Shown here: one piece after another, positions 26,271 through 36,694 of the stretch
Layout of the letters: each line of letters begins with the position of its first letter
How positions within the stretch are numbered: the stretch's first letter is position 1
Origin: Methanotrichaceae archaeon
GTDB lineage: Archaea; Halobacteriota; Methanosarcinia; Methanotrichales; Methanotrichaceae
Direction of reading: 5' to 3'
Length of the DNA stretch: 64,000 nucleotides
Assembly (NCBI GenBank): GCA_963748825.1
Contig: CAVVKN010000003.1
Span: forward strand, 66,552-130,551
Program-made: the position numbers and the translations under genes
Notes under the pieces: model-generated
What the model was told of the DNA's origin: nothing
What the model saw: the letters and a program-made list of their open reading frames with translations, nothing else
The model's database searches: none

Positions 26271-28112
26271 ATGTCTTTCCGGTTGGCAAGCTTGATGATA
26301 ATATCCTTATTCTCGGTGGCTCTCCTTGCAGCCCCTGTCTTGGGAATTTCGGTTAGCGTCTCCACTGGAGACGGCAGCGGCGTGGCAACTTCTTCCAGCA
26401 GCTACAGCCTGGATGATTCGACCTCACTAAAGGAGCAGACCACCCTCAAGGATAGCGAGCTGCAAAAGAGCCTGCAGGCCAGCGGCAAGGAGAAGAATGA
26501 AATCAGCCAGCAGATGTCGGGCGGCTCCTCCTCTTTACAGAGCAGCCTCTGCAGCCAGGGAAGCCTGGATATCTCCTCTTCGGGCTATGCATCGTCAGGC
26601 TCGGCCAGTCTCGGAGTGGGCTTATCTGCGCAGGGAGACATCTCTTTATCCGGGCAGGCCAGCCAGGGCCGGGCTGAGAGCGTCCAGGAAGCGGGCGTGG
26701 CCGGCGGCCTGATCTCCACCAGCCAGAGCCTCTCTGCCGGACAGGGCGCGCTTTCCAGCCAGAGCACGGCGATGGCGGGCGTAGCGGGCTACTTGGCCTC
26801 CGCCGCTTTTTCGGAGCAAAATGACATGGTGGCCACAGGAAGCTTTTTGGGCGACGGGCAGTTAAGCGCTGATCTGGGCGCTCTCTCCGCAGGCACGGCT
26901 GCGACCAGCGGGCAGGCGGCCATGGACGGGGTGACTTATCTTAACTACGCGACTTTCCAGGAGATATCCTCGGAGAGCCTGGGAATGCGCATGATGGGCC
27001 TACGCGAAACGGGAAATGGCATTGGCACCTTTGACCTGGATGTATTCAATAGAGAGGCCGCCGACAGCCCCGCTTATGATCAGGCCGCGGACGAATCGGG
27101 CGGTTCCTCATCCTCCTACGATTTGACAGGGTACAGATGGAACCAGAACAACCCCCAGATACAGCTTTACTACAATCCAACCGGCAAGCCCTCCGGCCTG
27201 GTAGACACTGCGGCCCGGGATGCCATAGCCGCCGCAGCCAACACCTGGGATGATGCCGTGGCCCAAAACATCTTCAAGGATACCAGCACTGTAATTGTGG
27301 ACACCTCCAAGACGGTGAGTAACCCCTTTGCATCCGGCTCCATGGACGGCTACAATGTCAACGGCTGGTGGAGCCTGGGCGGCAGCACATTGGGACTCAG
27401 CCGCTGGTGGTATGATCCCGGCTCGCTGGTGGGCGGATACAAGGGCATCCTGGAGACGGATCTCTGGTATACCAAGGACAAGAGCTGGACCACCGATTGG
27501 AATACCGCGGTCAACAACGGGAATATTATCGATCTGCAGAGCGTAGCTACGCACGAGCTGGGGCACTCCATCGGCATGGGTGATCTCTATACTCTGCCTT
27601 CCAGCGATCCGCGCAAGAACGACTATGCTCAGGTCATGAACCTGTACGATGCGCCGCAGAGGGCGCTGGGGAACGGGGACCGGACGGGGGCGCAGGTGAT
27701 GTATGGTGCCGGTACGATCTCTCCTACTCCATCTTATATGGCCCTTCAAGCATATAACGGCCAATATGTCTGTGCCGAAGGCGGCGGCGGTCGAGAAGTG
27801 GTTGCGAATCGTAATGCGGTAAATGCTTGGGAGACGTTTAAGCTCTTAAATTTGGGCAATAACAATGTGGCCCTTCAAGCATATAACGGCCAATATGTCT
27901 GTGCCGAAGGCGGCGGCGGTCGAGAAGTAGTTGCGAATCGTAATGCGGTAAATGCTTGGGAGACGTTTAAGCTCTTAAATTTGGGCAATAACAATGTGGC
28001 CCTTCAAGCATATAACGGCCAATATGTCTGTGCCGAAGGCGGCGGCGGTCGAGAAGTGGTTGCGAATCGTAATGCGGTAAATGCTTGGGAGACCTTTAGG
28101 TCTTCTTCCTAA
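26271..28112 (+). CDS. Secreted matrixin-like metalloprotease with C-terminal fascin-like beta-trefoil
   Basis: Paralog of 24566; HELGHSIGMGD; three 43-aa C-terminal repeats. Confidence 0.87.
   Translation: MSFRLASLMIISLFSVALLAAPVLGISVSVSTGDGSGVATSSSSYSLDDSTSLKEQTTLKDSELQKSLQASGKEKNEISQQMSGGSSSLQSSLCSQGSLDISSSGYASSGSASLGVGLSAQGDISLSGQASQGRAESVQEAGVAGGLISTSQSLSAGQGALSSQSTAMAGVAGYLASAAFSEQNDMVATGSFLGDGQLSADLGALSAGTAATSGQAAMDGVTYLNYATFQEISSESLGMRMMGLRETGNGIGTFDLDVFNREAADSPAYDQAADESGGSSSSYDLTGYRWNQNNPQIQLYYNPTGKPSGLVDTAARDAIAAAANTWDDAVAQNIFKDTSTVIVDTSKTVSNPFASGSMDGYNVNGWWSLGGSTLGLSRWWYDPGSLVGGYKGILETDLWYTKDKSWTTDWNTAVNNGNIIDLQSVATHELGHSIGMGDLYTLPSSDPRKNDYAQVMNLYDAPQRALGNGDRTGAQVMYGAGTISPTPSYMALQAYNGQYVCAEGGGGREVVANRNAVNAWETFKLLNLGNNNVALQAYNGQYVCAEGGGGREVVANRNAVNAWETFKLLNLGNNNVALQAYNGQYVCAEGGGGREVVANRNAVNAWETFRSSS
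27739..28096 (+). repeat. Three almost identical 129-bp tandem repeats
   Basis: gcccttcaagcatataacggccaatatg recurs at 27741, 27870 and 27999. Confidence 0.92.
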
Positions 28113-28234
28113 CCAACTTTTCTTATGGCTTCGAGGCTTTCTTGAAGCAGCGACCATCTATTCGGTTCAGATAACCTTTTTATCATGTTAGATCCTTTAG
28201 CCAAATCCGTATCAATAGGACGTCGGTGTTTGCT

Positions 28235-29506
28235 ATGAGGATATCCATAGTAGGAGGGGGGTATGTTGGGCTAGTTTCAGCAACTTGCTTAGCAGACCTT
28301 GGGCATTCTGTTATCCTGATCGATATTGATGAGGATCGAGTAGAAGCTATCAATGGTGGGATGTCGCCTATTTACGAAAAAGGCCTAATTGAACTCCTAT
28401 CAGCACATATTGGCAGAGGTCTCCAAGCAACAACAGGCTACAAGGACCTTGTTAGTTCCGACCTTACTCTGATCTGCGTCGGCACTCCCTCGCTTCCGGA
28501 TGGCAGTGCAGATTTATCTATGATTGAATCAGCAAGCGCCTTGATAGGGAGCGCTCTTGAGGAGAAGGAGAAGTACCATGTGGTGGCAGTGAAGAGCACT
28601 GTGCCTCCAGGAACAACACAAAATCTGGTGATGCCTGCGGTCTTGAAGCATAGCGGCAAAAGCGCAAGCAAGATTGGCTTTGTCATGAATCCGGAGTTCC
28701 TGAGGGAGGGGCTCGCGGTCCAGGACTTCATGAAGCCAGATAGGATCGTGATTGGTAGTTCTGATGAACAGGCGGGTGATATAGTTGAATCAGTCTATCG
28801 TAGGATCGATGCGCCAATTGTTAGGACTGGCCTAATCGCGGCAGAAATGATCAAGTACACATCTAATGCCTTCTTGGCTACGAAGATATCATTCTCCAAT
28901 GAGATAGGAAATGTCTGCAAGAAACTGGGTATTGATGTCTATGAGGTCATGAAGGGAGTCGGCCTGGATCATAGGATCAATCCCTACTTCCTAAATGCTG
29001 GTGTAGGCTTTGGAGGAAGTTGCTTCCCGAAAGACGTCTCTGCACTCATCCATCTTGCAGAGAGAATGGAAGTGACTCCGGTCCTGCTCAGATCCGTTAT
29101 AGAAGTAAATAAGCAGCAGCCTATGAAAATAGTCGAAATTCTTTTAAAAAGGGCAAAAGATATCAAGGGTAAGCGAGTAGCAGTTCTCGGTCTTGCATTT
29201 AAGAACGATACGGATGATGTGAGGGAATCAAGGGCAGTGCCAGTTATAAAAGAGATTGTAGGAAGGGGTGCACAGGTTGTCGCTTATGATCCCAAGGCAA
29301 ATGAGTCTATGCGAGAGATACTGCCCGAAATAGAGTACTGCAAGAGCGCTTCCGATGCACTGATTGGCGCAGATGCCGTCCTCGTTCTAACAGAATGGCC
29401 TGAGTTTGGAGATCTGGATAAGGAGTTCGAACTTATGCGATCCAGGGTTATTATCGACGGCAGAAGAATTCTCTCGTGCAGAGATGCAGAGGGAATCTGC
29501 TGGTAA
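28235..29506 (+). CDS. ugd: UDP-glucose 6-dehydrogenase
   Basis: GGGYVG, KSTVPPGT, NPEFLREG, GFGGSCFPKD, GLAFK..TDDVRES. Confidence 0.93.
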   Translation: MRISIVGGGYVGLVSATCLADLGHSVILIDIDEDRVEAINGGMSPIYEKGLIELLSAHIGRGLQATTGYKDLVSSDLTLICVGTPSLPDGSADLSMIESASALIGSALEEKEKYHVVAVKSTVPPGTTQNLVMPAVLKHSGKSASKIGFVMNPEFLREGLAVQDFMKPDRIVIGSSDEQAGDIVESVYRRIDAPIVRTGLIAAEMIKYTSNAFLATKISFSNEIGNVCKKLGIDVYEVMKGVGLDHRINPYFLNAGVGFGGSCFPKDVSALIHLAERMEVTPVLLRSVIEVNKQQPMKIVEILLKRAKDIKGKRVAVLGLAFKNDTDDVRESRAVPVIKEIVGRGAQVVAYDPKANESMREILPEIEYCKSASDALIGADAVLVLTEWPEFGDLDKEFELMRSRVIIDGRRILSCRDAEGICW

Positions 29507-29519
29507 AGATAATTATTAA

Positions 29520-30407
29520 TTGGTGATCTCTTTGAATAAATCCTCCATCAGAAAAGCAGTGATACCGGCGGCTGGAATGGGTACGAGGTTTCTTCCCATA
29601 ACCCGAGCACAGCCAAAGGAAATGTTACCCGTTGTTGATAAGCCAGTCATACAGTATGTAGTGGAGGAGGCCATTTCATCTGGAATAGAGGATATCCTGA
29701 TAATAACCGGAAGAGGAAAAAGGGCCATAGAAGATCATTTTGATCTATCATGCGAGCTGGAGAGAAAGCTTAAGCTGCAGAAAGATCCAACGCTCTTCGA
29801 TCAGGACAAGCAGATCTCAAATATGGCTGATATCCATTATATTAGACAAAAAGAGCAAAAAGGTTTAGGTGATGCGATACTTCATGCTGCTCGGCATTGC
29901 GACGAAGAGCCGTTTGCGGTATTATTGGGAGACACAATAACAGTTCCATGCAACGGTGCGAAGACATGCACCAGCCAGATGATCGACGCCTTCAATAAAT
30001 ATCATAGGACAGTTGTAGCTGTGGAGCGAGTCCCGCAGAATAAAGTTAAAGATTACGGCATCATCGACGGCGTCCCTCTGGAAGACGGCGTTTACCAGAT
30101 AAAGGATATCGTGGAGAAGCCGTCTCTCCAAAATGCACCCTCCGATCTTGGGGCAATTGGTCGATATATCCTGACACCGGACATATTCGATATCCTCAGA
30201 GAGATTGAGCCTGGACACGGAAGCGAGATACAGTTGACAGATGCTCTTCGGCATTTGAATGGATCAATCGGGCTGGTGACTTGCTGCAAGCGATATGATA
30301 TCGGCGACAAGCTAGGATGGATGAAATCGAGCATAGAGATGGCCCTGGCCAGAGAAGAGTTCGCCGATGATCTGAGAGCCTTTATGAAGGATTTGCTGAT
30401 TGACTGA
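29520..30407 (+). CDS. galU: UTP-glucose-1-phosphate uridylyltransferase
   Basis: AVIPAAGMGTRFLP, PKEMLP, GLGDA, EIQLTDA. Confidence 0.95.
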   Translation: MVISLNKSSIRKAVIPAAGMGTRFLPITRAQPKEMLPVVDKPVIQYVVEEAISSGIEDILIITGRGKRAIEDHFDLSCELERKLKLQKDPTLFDQDKQISNMADIHYIRQKEQKGLGDAILHAARHCDEEPFAVLLGDTITVPCNGAKTCTSQMIDAFNKYHRTVVAVERVPQNKVKDYGIIDGVPLEDGVYQIKDIVEKPSLQNAPSDLGAIGRYILTPDIFDILREIEPGHGSEIQLTDALRHLNGSIGLVTCCKRYDIGDKLGWMKSSIEMALAREEFADDLRAFMKDLLID

Positions 30408-30427
30408 TTTACTAGATTTATTTAGGA

Positions 30428-31450
30428 TTGGTATTAATGGCATGGGATAACAAGAGGGAGATTGAGAAGATCAACAGAGATCTTGGGGGCATATCCTTTC
30501 AGGGCCAGAGGATCCTTGTTACAGGCGGAGCTGGGTTTCTTGGCTCATGGATCTGTGACGTTCTTGTGGCCCAAGGAGCCGAAGTAATATGTCTGGACAA
30601 CCTTGCGAGCGGCCTTCAGTCCAACATTTCGCATCTTTTGGATTCTGGTAGATTTTGCTTCGTAGAGCATGATATTTCTGATCCGATCAGCTTTGAAGAT
30701 CGGCTGGATCTGGTGATCCACATGGCCAGCAGAGCCTCGCCCTTTGAGTTCGAGCATTACCCGATTGAGATCCTCAAAGCGAACACCATCGGACTGATGG
30801 TATCTCTGGAGATCGCAAAGAAGCATAAGGCAAGGGTCCTTTATACATCCACAAGCGAGACCTATGGCAATCCGCAGGTGGTGCCAACGCCGGAGAGCTA
30901 TTATGGAAACGTTAACGCGATCGGGCCGAGGGGATGCTATGACGAGGCTAAGCGATGTGGAGAGGCTTATGTCGTGGCATATAGGAAGCAATACGGCCTG
31001 GACACGAGAATTGCGCGAATCTTCAATACCTACGGCCCGCGGATAAGGTCAGACGGCATTTACGCCAGGGCAATTCCCAGGTTCATAGATCAGGCTTCAT
31101 GCGGCAAGCCCATAACCATCTTTGGTGATGGCACGCAGACCAGGAGCTTCACTTATGTTACAGACCAGATAGAAGGTTTGCTCAAGCTAGCTGCTCTGGA
31201 CGAGGTGCAGGGGTCTATAGTCAACATCGGAAATGACAATGAGACGAGGATAATAGACATGGCAAAGATGGTCCTGGATATCACAGGCTCTCTGTCTGGC
31301 ATAACCTACCACCCGCTGCCCGAGGATGATCCCCTGCGCAGAAGGCCCGACATCTCACGGGCAAGAGATCTTCTGGGCTGGGAGCCCAAGGTGGCTTTGC
31401 AAGACGGTCTACGGCATACCGTGGAGTGGTTCAGGTCGCAGGGAGGATGA
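30428..31450 (+). CDS. UDP-glucuronate decarboxylase (UDP-xylose synthase) family SDR
   Basis: GGAGFLGS, ASRASP, STSETYG, CYDEAKR, RIFNTYGPR, DDPLRRRPDI. Confidence 0.88.
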   Translation: MVLMAWDNKREIEKINRDLGGISFQGQRILVTGGAGFLGSWICDVLVAQGAEVICLDNLASGLQSNISHLLDSGRFCFVEHDISDPISFEDRLDLVIHMASRASPFEFEHYPIEILKANTIGLMVSLEIAKKHKARVLYTSTSETYGNPQVVPTPESYYGNVNAIGPRGCYDEAKRCGEAYVVAYRKQYGLDTRIARIFNTYGPRIRSDGIYARAIPRFIDQASCGKPITIFGDGTQTRSFTYVTDQIEGLLKLAALDEVQGSIVNIGNDNETRIIDMAKMVLDITGSLSGITYHPLPEDDPLRRRPDISRARDLLGWEPKVALQDGLRHTVEWFRSQGG

Positions 31451-31800
31451 GCCTCCTGGCAATTTATGTATCTACTTCCTGTCTGATGGATGGAGGGAGA
31501 TCTGTCTTTCGTCTTGGATATTTACAGGAAGTGGGTGCGTTAAGAAAATAGAGCTGGGAAGCAGTCATGACTACGTAGAAGGCATGGATGGATTGCTCAA
31601 ACAGCACTCGGAAAAGAACTTCTTAGTGCACAACTACTTTCCACCTGGGGGGTGCCCGTCGTGATTAACCTGGCAGACGAGGACGAAAGAATGCGAATAA
31701 ACCAAATTTATGCCTTCTTTCCAGGCAATACATGATAGCTACCTGTTCCAGGAGATCCCTGGTGGACATTTCGCACCTCATAGTCTTCCTACCAGGAAAA
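31447..31800 (+). pseudogene. Remnant of a sugar-phosphate isomerase/epimerase TIM-barrel gene
   Basis: IYVSTSCL, IELGS and FLVHNYFPP...INLA fragments across several frames. Confidence 0.5.
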
Positions 31801-31895
31801 AATCCTGGAAAAAATGGATAGGACTGAACCTTATCCACTATACCCCGAGTCTTTAGTGTTGGCTAAAGGCCACATTCTTATATGTTCTGGGATGT

Positions 31896-32576
31896 TTACT
31901 GTCCTGCGACTCTTATGAGCCAGTTTATGGGAAGTGTCTGGTTGTTTCTCAATGGCAACTCATAAGAGTAAAGTTGGCCCGAAAACTTATCGAAGAGATA
32001 AGAGTTGCCTGTCGCATTCTGAAGCTCAGTAGCAAGGGCGAGGGATCTATAGCCGTAGAAGCAAACGAAGAAATCATCGCTCACGGATATGTCGGGCACT
32101 TCTATGCCTCCCAGTCTGATCCCTTCGCTGCTGGTGAAGTAAGGCAGTTGAATATCTGCAAAGTGATATAGCAGCTTCAAATTGGCATCACGAATCTCAA
32201 TAGCGAAGGGCAAGGGATTAGGCAACTGTTTGCTGCTCGCGTTCCAGCCATCAGTGGCCATTATCAATATGCTCTCAAGCTTCCAGCCTGACTTTGGTGC
32301 TGTGAACTTTACTGTCTGCCCTGACCCGTAAGTAGGTGAAACAGCAAAGGTTAGATTCATTTTAGAGATATTTGTTCCACTATCTTGCTTCAACACTTGA
32401 GCCTGCGTAGCGGCAGAGTTCGCTGGTTGTTTTGTGGCAGGAGCATTGGTTACGGATTCGGATTGTTTAAGCTGATTTAGCCCTAATGATGTCCCAGATT
32501 GCGGAGTTGCAGCAAAACCACTGGAACAGAGGGTTGCACAACAGAGTAGCGCTATTATTAATATAATTTTCCTCAA
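31896..32576 (-). CDS. Secreted hypothetical protein
   Basis: TTG start after GGTGA, hydrophobic signal, Ala/Thr/Gln linker, beta-rich domain ending NWLIRV. Confidence 0.75.
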   Translation of the reverse strand: MRKIILIIALLCCATLCSSGFAATPQSGTSLGLNQLKQSESVTNAPATKQPANSAATQAQVLKQDSGTNISKMNLTFAVSPTYGSGQTVKFTAPKSGWKLESILIMATDGWNASSKQLPNPLPFAIEIRDANLKLLYHFADIQLPYFTSSEGIRLGGIEVPDISVSDDFFVCFYGYRSLALATELQNATGNSYLFDKFSGQLYSYELPLRNNQTLPINWLIRVAGQ

Positions 32577-32816
32577 TTTATCACCCAACAGAGATTGAAG
32601 CTCATTCGTATATAGATGATGCGAGACGAATACCGCAAAAGGCAACTGAGTTCAAGCGGCTTGAGGTCATAGCGAAGTATTCGGATGACAGAGAACGGTG
32701 CGTACCTAGGGGTCTAGTGCTGCCAGCTGAAAGAGAGCGACAGATTGTCGGTCGTTGGCGAGGAAAAGAACTTTAAACTAAAAAAATACGTGGACTCATA
32801 TCTTTGATGTGATCTG

Positions 32817-33713
32817 ATGAAAACTTCGCTCGTGGTTCCCGCCTATAACGAGGAGAAAGGCTTGCCCCTGGTAGTTCAGGAATACCGTGATGTGGTAGAC
32901 GAGATTATCGTAGTGGACGACGGCTCATCGGATGGAACCTTCCGGGCGGCAGAGCTGCTTGCAGGAAATAAGGTCAAGCTTTTCCGGCATGAGAAAAACG
33001 CAGGAAAGGTAGCGGCCCTCAGAACGGGAGTGGAGCAAGCCACCGGAGACATAATCATATTCACTGATGCCGACTATACCTATCCTGCTAGGTTTGTTCC
33101 CGATTTGATCCGAGAAATCGAGAAAGGGGCTGACCTGGTGCTGGGCGCACGGCTGCAGGAACGCGATAATATCCCTGCCTTCAATCGGATAGGCAACAAC
33201 ATATTCTCCTTTATTGCAACTTATATAAGCTGCATGAGAATCAAGGACAGCCAGACCGGGCTGCGGGCTTTTAAACGGCAGATGTTCGAAAAGTTGGATG
33301 TCAAAGCCAAGGGCCTGGAGTTCGAGACCAAGATGACGGTCAGGGCTGCAAAGCTGGGCTACAAGATCGTCGAGGTGCCTATTGAGTACAGGGTGCGAGT
33401 GGGAAAGTCCAAGCTCAATCCCATTAAGGATGGGGTGAGGATGCTGACGGCTCTATTTTCTGTGGCCTATACCGAAACATCTCTGCTTTCCAAGATGATA
33501 CTTCTACCATCGATGATTTTTATTTTGATGGGTTTGATCACAGGTTTCATATCTGTATACGAGAAGGTCCAGTTCGGCGTGATATCGCACGAGTTTTATC
33601 CCATATTTACGGCATTTCTGATTCTCATTGGTGTGCAGTTGATCTCGTTGGGACTGATCGTAGACTATCTCACTAAGAAGTTGGACCGGATAGAGGAGAG
33701 GTTGGTTAGATGA
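32817..33713 (+). CDS. GT2 polyprenol-phosphate glycosyltransferase (DPM synthase / GtrB-like)
   Basis: VPAYNEE, VDDGSSDGT, DAD, DSQTGLR, EVPI.YR.R.G.SKL; two C-terminal TM helices. Confidence 0.9.
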   Translation: MKTSLVVPAYNEEKGLPLVVQEYRDVVDEIIVVDDGSSDGTFRAAELLAGNKVKLFRHEKNAGKVAALRTGVEQATGDIIIFTDADYTYPARFVPDLIREIEKGADLVLGARLQERDNIPAFNRIGNNIFSFIATYISCMRIKDSQTGLRAFKRQMFEKLDVKAKGLEFETKMTVRAAKLGYKIVEVPIEYRVRVGKSKLNPIKDGVRMLTALFSVAYTETSLLSKMILLPSMIFILMGLITGFISVYEKVQFGVISHEFYPIFTAFLILIGVQLISLGLIVDYLTKKLDRIEERLVR

Positions 33714-33776
33714 GGCAGGAATGTTGCGTTCTTTTCTCGTGAAGGCTGTATACTCTATCATCAGGAAGGGCCAGCT

Positions 33777-34134
33777 ATGAATGCAATTGTGATAATTATT
33801 ATTGGTATCATCTTCGCGGCTATTGGCCAGGTATCTTGGAAGCTGGGCATGAACCAGGCGGGGCAATTGGCAACTCTTAATCTGACAACTCTGTCTACGG
33901 TGCTGCTGAATCCTTATGTTCTGCTGGGCTTCGCAATGTACGGGCTGAGCACCATCTTCTGGCTGATCGCGCTATCCAAGAAGGATTTGAGCTTTGTGTA
34001 TCCTTTTATATCGTTGACTTATATACTCGTGCTGGTACTGTCGAGCCTGGTGCTTAAAGGAGAGCATCGGACTCAATAAGTTAGTTGGGACATTAATAAT
34101 TATATTTGGGCTTATAATAATAGTAAGAGTCTAA
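33777..34134 (+). CDS. Small EamA/SMR-type membrane protein (ArnE/F-like flippase; frameshift near 34060)
   Basis: GQVSWKLG and WLIALSKKDLSFVYPFISL motifs; the fourth TM helix lies in a shifted frame. Confidence 0.8.
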
Positions 34135-36312
34135 TGATGGGTATTAGGTGGGGGAAAATGTTTTTAGTAAAAGAAAAAATTTTTGATTTCATAAGCAAAA
34201 ATGATAATATTTTCCTGTTTTTCTTGGTTTTCTAATTTACAATATAAATTGACAGAGCCATCGACTCTGGTGACACAATCCCTGCTTCGTTATTGCCCTT
34301 TAGCTTATTGGAGTATCATAATTTGTATCTTGATCAATTTTATCATTATTATTATTATAATTTTGATAATTTTTATTTTTTTGAGAAATCAAAGGACATT
34401 ATTTATCAATTTATCCGATCGTCACACCAATTTTGTCGACTTTTTGTATATTATCCCTTATATCTATTTAAAATTAAATCAGTATTCCTGTCGACATGTT
34501 CCATCCTGCTTTTCAATGATCGTCATGATCATGCAGAAATTATCCGCTTCTTTAATCGCTCACCCTATCTGTTATTTTCGTCTATTTGTCGCTGAAAGAA
34601 TTGCTGGACGAAGGACTGCATTCATTGTTGCGATGGTATTTGCATTTGCCACCAACACCTGGACAATTAGCAGTCAAGCACTCTGGCAACACGGATTGGT
34701 TGAACTTTTTCTTGCAATTTCAATATTTCTTGTCTTAAGATATGAAAAGCATAGTTCCAACAGATTGATTATTTGCTTGGGAATTTTGTCAGGTTTATTT
34801 TTATTTAATAGGCCAATTGATAGTATTCTCCTAATTTCAGTGATATATTATATATTTGCAATGAAGGGTGAAAAATTATATATTATATTATTTCGCAGCT
34901 TAATATCAAGCATTCCTTTCATTTTTTACAATTTGAATTTTTTTGGAAGTTTTTTTGGAGGTTACTCCTTACTTTTGAGTGGATTTGATTTAAGTTCGGA
35001 CATGATCAGCAGACTAATCGGATTGTTAATTAGTCCAAGCAGAGGCTTGTTTATTTACACTCCGATTATTCTTCTTTCAATCTTAGGCTATTTTAAAATT
35101 TATAGACTATCAAATAAAAAAATTAAGGATTTTCTGTTAATTTTGGGACTTTTCGAGCTTGGTTCTGCTTTTTGCATATAGTGCTTTGGCATTGTATGGT
35201 GGGCAGGTGGATGTTATGGTCCTAGATTCTCTGACAGGTATGCTTCCTGTTTTGCCAATATTTTGGGCTATTTATTAAGGATATAGATCTTATATAAGAA
35301 TGGGAACAAATTGTTGAAAATTTGCATTATCATCGTTTTACTGGTTTGGTCATTTTTGCGCAGTTTGTTGGTGCCTTTTATTATCCGAACGGAGAATTGG
35401 GATGGAAATCCAAATGTCGATTTCCACCCAGAGAAGTTGTGGGATTGGAATGATACACAAATAAAGAGGACCTTTAATGCAGGAATGTTCCCCCTTATAG
35501 ACCGCATAAAATCCATAGCAACTCTAGCTGGCGCGAAAGATATCGCAAATGATGGGATTCTATTGGCAGGAGGGTGGTATGGAATCGAGATGTGGGACAA
35601 TGTTTCCACTCGCTGGACGAAGTCAGATGCCGCTTTTGAGGTATTCTCGCCCAAAAACTGCACAGCAAACCTTTATCTAAAGGCGCACAGCTTCCTTCGT
35701 CCTCGAATCATGGAGATCTATGTTGGTGACGATCTTGCGGCGAATGCTGCTGTTCCCACAGAATTCATCGAAATGATCTTACCTATCAATCTTGAAAAGG
35801 GAACAAACACTATTCGCCTGCATCTGCCAGAAGGCTGTATGCGGCCATGTGATATACCGGAGTTGAATAGTCCTGATTGCAGATGCCTTGGCCTAGCCGT
35901 TCAAAATATCGAGATCTTTGAGCAAAATCCAACATCAATTAGCACTTCGTTCTCAACCGGCTTTAACGGATTCGAATCCTGGTCCGGAGTGCCAACGCAG
36001 TGGATGGATCCCAATGCCACACTCTCATTCTCCTCACCCGTCAACCGAAGCTTTAACCTGAGCCTGCGGGCTATGAGCTTTTATCGTCCCCGGACCCTTG
36101 AGATTTATGTTGGCAATGAACTTGCAGGGCGCTCGGCAGTTTCCAGCACGACCTTCACTGATGTGAATGCGCATATGCGCCTCGTGAAGGGCACAAATAC
36201 CGTGCGGCTGCACGTGCCTGAGGGCTGCGAGCGGCCGAGCCAGATAAAGGAGATCAGCAGCCAAGATTCCAGGTGCCTGAGCATCGCGGTGCAGAATGTC
36301 ACCGCGACGTAA
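34134..36312 (+). CDS. GT-C membrane glycosyltransferase with two C-terminal extracytoplasmic beta domains (multiple frameshifts)
   Basis: SGDTIPASLLP, WTISSQALWQH, GLLISPSRGLFIYTP and WWAGGCYGPRF motifs across frames; duplicated C-terminal W...LHxPEGCxRP...DxRCL domain. Confidence 0.7.
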
Positions 36313-36694
36313 TTGGGGAGCAGCTCGACGAAATTTATCTATGCAGGTTTTTAGTTGTATACTTAACTCTGGCCAGGATAAGCCTGATTTCATTCTTCGC
36401 TAGGAATGCGGCGAAAGCACTCTCCGATTTCACCATCCGTCTTACTTGCGAAGAAATGTGGACTAGTATCAGTGATTATATAATGCCAAGCTTTAGGACT
36501 CTACAGCAGCTCGATCTGAAGGACAATCTTTATTAGAACCAACATCACAGGCATAAATTATGTTCGATATGGTCACAGAACGTAAAGTACGTCAGATGCG
36601 GTTTGGAGATCGTATTAAAATGACAAGCTTATATCCGTATAGCTTATGTAATTATGTTAGAACATATATATGAATATAATTAACAAAGAAAAGT

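Noticed and set aside
21670-28096. 129-bp repeats as a CRISPR array or DGR template/variable pair
   Set aside because: They are in-frame coding repeats without spacers, with no adenine-specific variation and no cas or RT gene.
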